NCBI GenBank assembly: GCA_030390025.1
Contig: CM059431.1
Coordinates: forward strand, 114,268,001 to 114,332,000
Direction: 5' to 3'
DNA from: Squalus acanthias
Lineage: Eukaryota
DNA length: 64,000 nucleotides
The notes below the pieces were generated by a model. That model worked only from the letters and a program-made list of their open reading frames with translations. It did not search any database and was not told the origin of the DNA. Shown in pieces: positions 53,601 through 64,000 of the stretch. The position numbers and the translations under genes were made by a program. Position 1 is the stretch's first letter; the number at the start of each line of letters is the position of its first letter.

Positions 53601-56600
53601 AATATACAGGCATTGAGTGCAGTTACCTGTAATGTACAGGCATTCAGTGCAGTTACCTGTAATATACAGGCATTGGGTGCAGTTACCTGTAATATACTGA
53701 CATTGATTGCAGGTTTCTGTATTATACAGGCTTTGATTTCAGGTTCCTTTAATGTACAGGCATTGAGTGCAGGTACCTATCCTGTTCAGGCATTGACAGC
53801 AGGTGCCTGTAATATACAGGCATTGAGTGCATGTACATGTAATGTACAGGCATTGAGAGCAGATAACTGTAATATACAGGCATTGAGTGCAGTAACCCGA
53901 AATTTACAGGCATTGATCGCAGGTAACTTTAATTAACAGGCATTGACTGCTGCACCTGTAATATACATGCATTGAGAGCAGATAACTGTAATATACAGGC
54001 ATTAAATGCAGGTACCTGTACTCTACATGCCTTGAATGCAGTTAGATGTATTGTGCAGGCATTGAGTGCAGGAAACTGTAATGTACAGGCATTGAGTGCA
54101 GGTACCTATAATATACAGGCATTGAGTGCAGTGCCCCATAATATACAGGCAATAAGTGCTGATACCTTTAATATACAGGCATTGAGTGCAGGTACCTGTA
54201 ATGAACAGGCGTTTAGTGCAGATACCTATGATGTACAGGCATTGAGTGCATGTACCTGTAAAATACAGGCATTGAGTGCAGGTACCTGTAATGTACAGGC
54301 ATTGAGTGCAGCTCCCTGTAATATACCGGCATTGAGTTCAGATAACTTTAATATACAGGCATTGAGTGCAGGTACCTGTAATGTACATGCATTGAGTGCA
54401 GATACATATAATGTACGGTCATTGAGTGTAGGTACCAGTAATGTACATGCATTGAGTGCAGGTACCAGTAATGTACAGGCATTGAGTGCAGGTACCTGTA
54501 ATATTCAGGCATTAAGTGCAGGTATATGTAATTTTAAGGCATTGTTTGCAGGTACCTGTATTGTACAGGCATTGAGTGCAGGTACCTGTGATACACATGC
54601 ATTGAGTGCAGGTAACTGAAATATGCAGGCATTGAGTGCAGGTACCTGTAATGTACAGGCATTGAGTGCAGGATACTGTAATATACAGGCATTGAATGCA
54701 GGTGCCTGTAATGTATAGGCATTGAATACAAGTACGTGTAATGTACAGGCATTGAGTCCAGGTACCTTTAATGTACAGGCTTTGGGTGTGGGTACCTGTA
54801 ATATACAGACATTGACTACAAGTACCTGTAGCATACAGGTATTGATTGCAGTTACCTGTAATGTACAGGCATTGAGAGTAGGTACCTGTAATGTACAGGC
54901 ATTAAGTGCAGTAACTTGAAATGTACAGGCATTGACTGCAGGTAAATATAATGAACAAGCATTGAGTGCAGGTACCTGTATTATACAGGAATTCAGTGCA
55001 GGTACCTATAACATACAGGTATTGATTGCAGGTACCTGTAATGTACAGGCATTGAGTGCAGGTACCTGTAATGTGCAGGCGTTGTGTGCAGGGACTGGAA
55101 TGTACAGGCATTCATTGCAGGTACCTGTAATGTACAGGCATTGAGTGCAGGTACCTGTAATGTACAGGCATTGAGTGCAGATAACTGTAATATACAGGCA
55201 CTGAGTGCAGGTACCTGTATTATACAGGAATTCCATGCAGGTACCTGTAATATGCAGGCATTGAGTGCAGGTAGCTGTAATGTACAGTTATTGAGTGCAG
55301 GTAACTGTAATGTTCAGGCATTGTGTGCAGTTACCTGTAATATACAGGTACTGGAGTGTACAGGCATTGAGTGCAGGCAGCTGTAATATACAGGCATTGA
55401 GTGCAGTGCCCCGTCATATACAGGAATTTAGTGCTGATAACTTTAATGTACAGGCATTGAGTGCAGGTACGTGTAATGAACAGGCTTTTAGTACAGATAC
55501 CTATAATGTACAGGCATTGAGTGCAGGTACCTGTAAAATACAGGCATTGAGTGCAGCTCCCTGTAATATACAGGCATTCAGTGCAGGTTCCTGTAATATA
55601 CAGGCATTGAGTGCAGATAACTGTAATATACAGGCATTGAATGCAGGTACCTGTAATGTACAGGCATTGAGTACAAGTACATGCAATGTACAGGCATTGA
55701 GTGTAGGTACCTTTAATGTACATGCATTGAGTGTGGGTATGTGTAATATACAGACATTGACTACCAGTACCTGTAATGTACAGGCATTCTGTGCAGGTAC
55801 TGAAATGTACAGGCATTGAGTGCAGTTACCTGTAATGTACAGGGATTGAGTGCAGTACCTGAAATGTTCAGGCATTGACTGCAGGTAACTATAATTAACA
55901 GGCATTGAGTGCAAGTAACTGTAATGTACAGGCATTGAGTGCAGGTACCTATAATATACAGGCATTGAGTGCAGTGCCCCATAATATACAGGCAATAAGT
56001 GCTGATATCTTTAATATACAGGCATTGAGTGCAGGTACCTGGAATGTACATATCTTTGAGTGCAGATACGTATAATGTACGGGCATTGAGTGCAGGTACC
56101 AGTAATGTACAGGCATTGAGTGCAAGCACCTGTAATATACAGGCATTAAGTGCAGGTATATGTAATTTTAAGGCATTCTTTGCAGGTACCTGTATTGTAC
56201 AGGCATTGAATGCAGTTACCTGTAATATACAGGCATTGAGCGCCGGTACCTGTAATATACAAGTACTGAGTGCAGGTAACTGTAATATACAGGCATTGAA
56301 TGCCGGTCCCTGTAATGTTCAGGCATTGACTAAAAGTACCTGTAATGTACAGAAATTGAGTGCAGGTACCTGTAATATACAGGCAGTGAGTGCAGGTACT
56401 GGAATGTATAGGCCTTGACTGCAGGTACCTGTAATACACAGGCATTGAGTGCAGATACCTGTAATGTATAGGCATTCAGTGCAGTAACCTTAAATGTACA
56501 TGCATTGACTGCAGGTAACTTTAATTAACATGCATTGAGTGCAGTTACCTGTAATGTACAGGCATTGAGCGCAGATAACTGTAATATACAGGCATTGAGT

Positions 56601-59600
56601 GCAGGTACCTGTATTATACAGGAATTCCATGCAGGTACCTGTAATATACAGGCATTGAGTGCAGGTAGCTGTAATGTACAGTTATTGAGTGCAGGTAACT
56701 GTAATGTTCAGGCATTGTGTGCAGTTACCTGTAATATACAGGTACTGGAATGTAGAGGCATTGAGTGCAGGTACCTGTACTCTACATGCATTGAATGCAG
56801 TTAACTGTATTGTACATGCATTGAGTGCAGGAAACTCTAATGTACATGCATTGAGTGCAGATACCTATAATGTACAGGCATTGAGTGCAGGTACCAGTAA
56901 TGTACAGGCATTCAGTGCAGGTTCCTGTAATATACAGGCATTAAGTGCAGGTACATGTAATGTACAGGCATTGGTTGCCGGTACCTGTATTGTACAAACA
57001 TTGAGTGCAGGTACCTGTGATACAAATGCATTGAGTGCAGGTAACTGACATATACAGGCATTGAGTGCAGATAACTGTAATATACAGGCATTGAGTGCAG
57101 TGCCCCATAATATACAGGCAATAAGTGCTGATAACTTTAATATACAGGTATTGAGTGCAGGTACCTGTAATGTACAGGCATTGAATGCAGTTACCTGTAA
57201 TATACAGGCATTGAGTGCAGGTATCTGTAATATACAAGTACTGAGTGCAGGTAACTGTAATATACAGGCATTGAATGCCGGTCCCTGTAATGTACAGGCA
57301 TTGACTAAAAGTACCTGTAATGTACAGAAATTGAGTGCAGGTACCTGTAATATACAGGCAGAGAGTGCAGGTACTGGAATGTATCGGCATTGATTGCAGG
57401 TACCTGTAATGTACAGGCATTGAGTGCAGATATCTGTAATATACAGGCCTTGACTGCAGGTACCTGTAATACGCAGCCATTGAGTGCAAATACCTGTAAT
57501 GTATAGGCATTGAGTGCAGTAACCTTAAATGTACATGCATTGACTGCAGGTAACTTTAATTAACAGGCATTGAGTGCAGCTACCTGTAATGTACAGGCAT
57601 TGAGTGCAGATTACTGTAATATACACGCATTGAGTGCAGTTACCTGTAATGTACAGGCATTCAGTGCAGTTACCTGTAATATACAGGCATTGGGTGCAGG
57701 TACCTGTAATATACTGACATTGATTGCAGGTTTCTGTATTATACAGGCTTTGATTTCAGGTTCCTTTAATGTACAGGCATTGAGTGCAGGTACCTATCCT
57801 GTTCAGGCATTGACAGCAGGTGCCTGTAATATACAGGCATTGAGTGCATGTACATGTAATGTACAGGCATTGAGAGCAGATAACTGTAATATACAGGCAT
57901 TGAGTGCAGTAACCCGAAATTTACAGGCATTGATCGCAGGTAACTTTAATTAACAGGCATTGACTGCTGTACCTGTAATATACATGCATTGAGAGCAGAT
58001 AACTGTAATATACAGGCATTCAATGCAGGTACCTGTACTCTACATGCATTGAATGCAGTTAACTGTATTGTGCAGGCATTGAGTGCAGGAAACTGTAATG
58101 TACAGGCATTGAGTGCAGGTACCTATAATATACAGGCATTGAGTGCAGTGCCCCATAATATACAGGCAATAAGTGCTGATATCTTGAATATACAGGCATT
58201 GAGAGCAGTAACCTGAAATGTACAGGCATTGACTGCAGGTAAATATAATGAACAGGCATTGAGTGCATGTACTGTAATGTACAGGCATTGAGTGCAGATA
58301 ACTGTAATATACAGGCACTGAGTGCAGGTACCTGTATTATACAGGAATTCAGTGCAGGTACCTGTAATATACAGGCATTGAATGCAGGTAGCTGTAATGT
58401 ACAGTTATTGAGTGCAGGTAACTGTAATGTTCAGGCATTGTGTGCAGTTACCTGTAATATACAGGAACTGTAATGTACAGGCATTGAGTGCAGGTACCTA
58501 TAATATACAGACATTGAGTGCAGTGCCCCATAATATACAGGCAATAAGTGCTGATATCTTTAATATACATGCATTGAGTGCAGGTACCTGTAATGAACAG
58601 GCGTTTAGTGCAGATACCTATGATGTACAGGCATTGAGTGCATGTACCTGTAAAATACAGGCATTGAGTGCAGGTACCTGTAATGTACAGGCATTGAGTG
58701 CAGCTCCCTGTAATATACAGGCATTGAGTTCAGATAACTTTAATATACAGGCATTGAGTGCAGGTACCTGGAATGTACATATCTTTGAGTGCAGATACGT
58801 ATAATGTACGGTCATTGAGTGCAGGTACCAGTAATGTACATGCATTGAGTGCAGGTACCAGTAATGTACAGGCATTGAGTGCAGGTATATGTAATTTTAA
58901 GGCATTGTTTGCAGGTACCTGTATTGTACAGGCATTGAGTGCAGGTAACTGAAATATACAGGCATTGAGTGCAGGTACCTGTAATGTACAGGCATTGAGT
59001 GCAGGTTACTGTAATATACAGGCATTGAATGCAGGTGCCTGTAATGTACAGGCATTGAATACAAGTACGTGTAATGTACAGGCATTGAGTCCAGGGACCT
59101 TTAATGTACAGGCATTGGGTGTGGGTTCCTGTAATACACAGACATTGACTACCAGTACCTGTAGCATACAGGTATTGATTGCAGGTACCTGTAATGTACA
59201 GGCATTGAGAGTAGGTACCTGCAATGTACAGGCGTTGTGTGCAGGGACTGGAATGTACAGGCATTGATTGCAGGTACCTGTAATGTACAGGCATTGAGTG
59301 CAGTTTCCTGTATTATACACAAATTCTGTGCAGGTACATGAAATATACAGGCATTGAGTGCAGGTAGCTGTAATGTACAGTTATTGAGTGCAGGTAACTG
59401 TAATGTTCAGGCATTGTGTGCAGTTACCTGTAATATACAGGTACTGGAATGTACAGGCATTGAGTGCAGGCAGCTGTAATATACAGGCATTGAGTGCAGT
59501 GCCCCGTAATATACAGGCATTTAGTGCTGATAACTTTAATGTACAGGCATTGAGTGCAGGTACCTGTAAAATACAGGCATTGAGTGCAGCTCCCTGTAAT

Positions 59601-62600
59601 ATACAGGCATTGAGTGCAGATAACTTTAATATACAGACATTGCGTGCAAGTACCAGTAATGTACATGCATTGAGTGCAGATACCTATAATGTACAGTCAT
59701 TGAGTGCAGGTACCAGTAATGTACAGGCATTCAGTGCAGGTTCCTGTAATATACAGGCATTAAGTGCAGGTACATGTAATGTACAGGCATTGGTTGCCGG
59801 TACCTGTATTGTACAAACATTGAGTGCAGGTACCTGTGATACAAATGCATTGAGTGCAGGTAACTGACATATACAGGCATTGAGTGCAGATAACTGTAAT
59901 ATACAGGCATTGAATGCAGGTACCTGTAATGTACAGGTATTGAGTACAAGTACATGCAATGTACAGGCATTGAGTGTAGGTACCTTTAATGTACATGCAT
60001 TGAGTGTGGGTATGTGTAATATACAGACATTGACTACCAGTACCTGTAATGTACAGGCATTCTGTGCAGGTACTGAAATGTACAGGCATTGAGTGCAGGT
60101 ACCTCTAATGTACAGGCATTGAATGCAGTTACCTGTAATGTACAGGCATTGAGTGCAGTACCTGAAATGTTCAGGCATTGACTGCAGGTAACTATAATTA
60201 ACAGGCATTAAGTGCAGGTAACTGTAATGTACAGGCATTGAATGCAGTTACCTGTAATATACAGGCATTGAGTGCCGGTACCTGTAATATACAAGTACTG
60301 AGTGCAGGTAACTGTAATATACAGGCATTGAATGCCGGTACCTGTAATGTTCAGGCATTGACTAAAAGTACCTGTAATGTACAGAAATTGAGTGCAGGTA
60401 CCTGTAATATACAGGCAGTGAGTGCAGGTACTGGAATGCATAGGCATTGATTGCAGGTACCTGTAATGTACAGGCATTGAGTGCAGATATCTGTAATATA
60501 CAGGCCTTGACTGCAGGTACCTGTTATACACAGGCATTGAGTGCAGATACCTGTAATGTATAGGCATTGAGTGCAGTAACCTTAAATGTGCATGCATTGA
60601 CTGCAGGTAACTTTAATTAACATGCATTGAGTGCAGCTACCTGTAATGTACAGGCATTGAGCGCAGATAATTGTAATATACAGGCATTGAGTGCAGTTAC
60701 CTGTAATATACAGGCATTCAGTGCAGTTACCTGTAATATACAGGCATTCGGTGCAGGTACATGTAATATACTGACATTGATTGCAGGTTCCTGTATTATA
60801 CAGGCATTGATTGCAAGTTCCTGTATTATACAGGCTTTGATTTCAGGTTCCTGTAATGTACAGGCATTGAGTGCAAAAGCCTATAATGTACAGGCATTGA
60901 GTGCAGCACCCCGTAATATACAGGCATTGAGAGCTGATAACTTTAATATACAGGCATTGAGTGCAGGTACCTGTAATGTACAGGCTTTTAGTACAGATAC
61001 CTATACTGTACAGGCATTGAGTGCAGGTACCTGTAAAATACAGGCATTGAGTGCAGTAACCTGTAATGTACAGGCATTGAGTGCTGTACCTGTAATGTAC
61101 ATGCATTGAGAGCAGATAACTGTAATATACAGGCATTCAATGCAGGTACCTGTACTCTACAGGCATTGAGTGCAGTTAACTGTATTGTACATGCATTGAG
61201 TGCAGGAAACTCTAATGTACAGGCATTGAGTGCCTGTACCTATAATATACAGGCATTGAGTGCAGTGCCCCATAATATACAGGCAATAAGTGCTGATAAC
61301 TTTAATATACAGGCATTGAGTGCAGGTGCCTGTAATGTACAGGCATTGAATGCAGTTACCTGTAATATACAGGCATTGAGTGCAGGTACCTGTAATATAC
61401 AAGTACTGAGTGCAGGTAACTGTAATATACAGGCATTGAATGCCGGTCCCTGTAATGTACAGGCATTGAATGCAGTTACCTGTAATATACAGGCAGTGAG
61501 TGCAGGTACTGGAATGTATAGGCATTGAGTGCAGGTACCTGTAATATACAGGCATTAATTGCAGGTACATGTAATTTAAAGGCATTGTTTGCAGGTACCT
61601 GTATTGTACAGGCATTGAGTGCAGGTACCTGTAATACACATGCATTGAGTGCAGGTAACTGAAATATACAGGCATTGAGTGCAGGTACCTGTAATGTACA
61701 GGCATTGAGTGCAGGTTACTGTAATATACAGGCATTGAGTGCAGGTACCTGTAATGTACAGGCATTTAGAGTAGTTACCTGTAATATACAAGTACTGAGT
61801 GCAGGTAACTGTACTATACAGGCATTGAATGCCGGTCCCTGTAATGTACAGGCATTGACTAAAAGTACCTGTAATGTACAGAAATTGAGTGCAGGTACCT
61901 GTAATATACAGGCAGTGAGTGCAGGTACTGGAATGTATAGGCATTAATTGCAGGTACCTGTAATGTACAGGCATTGAGTGCAGATATCTGTAATATACAG
62001 GCATTGACTGCAGGTACCTGTGATACACATCCATTGAGTGTGGGTATCTGAAATATACAGGCATTGAGTGCAGGTACCTGGAATGTACATGCATTGAGTG
62101 CAGGTACCAGTAATGTACAGGCATTGAGTGCAGGTACCTGTAATATACAGGCATTAATTGCAGGTACATGTAATTTAAAGGCATTGTTTGCAGGTACCTG
62201 TATTGTACAGGCATTGAGTGCAGGTACCTGTAATACACATGCATTGAGTGCAGGTAACTGAAATATACAGGCATTGAGTGCAGGTACCTGTAATGTACAG
62301 GCATTGAGTGCAGGTTACTGTAATATACAGGCATTGAGTGCAGGTACCTGTAATGTACAGGCATTTAGAGTAGTTACCTGTAATGTACAGGCGTTGTGTG
62401 CAGGGACTGGAATGTACAGGCATTAAGTGCAGTAACCTGAAATGTACAGGCATTACATGCAGGTAAATATAATGAACAGGCATTGAGTGCAGGTACCTCT
62501 AATGTACAGGCATTGAGCGCAGATAACTGTAATATACAGACACTGAGAGCAGGTTCCTGTATTATACAGGAATTCTGAGCAGGTACCTATAACGTACAGG

Positions 62601-64000
62601 TATTGATTGCAGGTACCTGTAATGTACAGGCATTGAAAGCAGTAACCTGAAATGTACAGGCATTGACTGCAGGTAAATATAATGAACAGGCATTGAGTGC
62701 AGAAACCTGTAATATACAGGCATTAAATGCAGGAAACTGTAATGTACAGGCATTATGTGCAGTTACCTGTAATATACAGGTACTGGAATGTACAGGCATT
62801 GAGTGCAGGTACCTGTAATGTACAGGCATTGAGTGCAGATAACTGCAATATACAGTCATTGACTGCAGGTACCTGTAATACACAGGCATTGAGTGCAGTT
62901 TCCTGTAATATACAGACATTGAGTGCAAGTACATGTAACATACAGGCATTCAGTACAAGTACCTGTAATATACAGACATTGAGTGCAGGTACATGTAATG
63001 TACATGCATTGAGTCCAGGTAACTGTAATGTACAGGCATTGTGTGCAGTTACATATAATATACAGGCATTGGGTGCAGGTACCTGTATTATGCAGGCTTT
63101 GATTTCAGGTTCCTGTAATGTACAGGCATTGAGTGCAGGAGCCGATAATGCACAGGCATTGAGTGCAGGTACCTGTAATTTACACACATTGTGTGCAGGT
63201 ACCTGTAATGTACAGGCAGTGAGTGCAGATAACTGCAATATACAGGCATTGAGTGCAGGTACCTGTAATATACAAGTACTGAGTGCAGGTAACTGTAATA
63301 TACAGGCATTGAATGCCGGTCCCTGTAATGTACAGGCATTGACTAAAAGTACCTGTAATGTACAGAAATTGAGTGCAGGTACCTGTAATATACAGGCAGT
63401 GAGTGCAGGTACTGGAATGTATAGGCATTGATTGCAGGTACCTGTAATGTACAGGCATTGAGTGCAGATATCTGTAATATACAGGCATTGACTGCAGGTA
63501 CCTGTGATACACATCCATTGAGTGTGGGTATCTGAAATATACAGGCATTGAGTGCAGGTACCTGGAATGTACATATCATTGAGTGCAGATACATATAATG
63601 TATGGTCATTGAGTGCAGGTACCAGTAATGTACATGCATTGAGTGCAAGTACCAGTAATGTACAGGCATTGAGTGCAGGTACCTGTAATATACAGGCATT
63701 AATTGCAGGTACATGTAATTTAAAGGCATTGTTTGCAGGTACCTGTATTGTACAGGCATTGAGTGCAGGTAACTGAAATATACAGGCATTGAGTGCAGGT
63801 ACCTGTAATGTACAGGCATTGAGTGCAGGTTACTGTAATGTACAGGCATTGAGTGCAGGTACCTGTAATGTACAGGCATTTAGAGTAGTTACCTGTAATG
63901 TACAGGCGTTGTGTGCAGGGACTGGAATGTACAGGCATTAAGTGCAGTAACCTGAAATGTACAGGCATTGAATGCAGGTAAATATAATGAACAGGCATTG
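35652..64000. repeat. 30-bp tandem satellite array, right segment with multi-kb higher-order duplications (continues beyond window end)
   Basis: Same monomer. Near-identical variant strings recur, e.g. 36368/42810, 38556/44278/49103, 41133/46495/51200. Confidence 0.99.

Noticed and set aside
1..64000. CRISPR array (30-bp repeat with internal palindrome)
   Set aside because: Repeats are directly adjacent with no unique spacers, there are no cas genes, and the variation is point substitution.
1..64000. Antigenic-variation cassette or diversity-generating system
   Set aside because: No expression locus, recombinase or reverse transcriptase. Variant patterns are explained by block duplication of a satellite.

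Overview
About 96% of this window is one uninterrupted-orientation tandem satellite with a 30-bp monomer (consensus TGTAATGTACAGGCATTGAGTGCAGGTACC). Variant monomers are organised into higher-order blocks of about 0.2-6 kb. The left part (~7-28.5 kb) and the right part (~30-64 kb) carry different diagnostic variants. The hundreds of ORFs are an artefact: the monomer length is a multiple of 3 and the consensus is stop-free in 4 of 6 frames. I support no protein-coding gene, RNA gene or CRISPR array. The only non-satellite DNA is three GG...CC-ended, TIR-bounded non-autonomous DNA transposons (MITE-like, most consistent with the PIF/Harbinger group): 26208-27097 (890 bp), and two diverged members of a second family at 34088-34851 and 34898-35651, only 46 bp apart. 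Each is preceded by ATT and has a probable 3-bp target-site duplication. The twin elements are the most interesting part. They share position-conserved hairpins with compensatory base changes, three minus-strand 5' splice-donor motifs in an AT-rich core, and CpG-rich promoter-like motifs. The DNA looks eukaryotic, probably animal heterochromatin (inference). All alignments and counts were made by eye.
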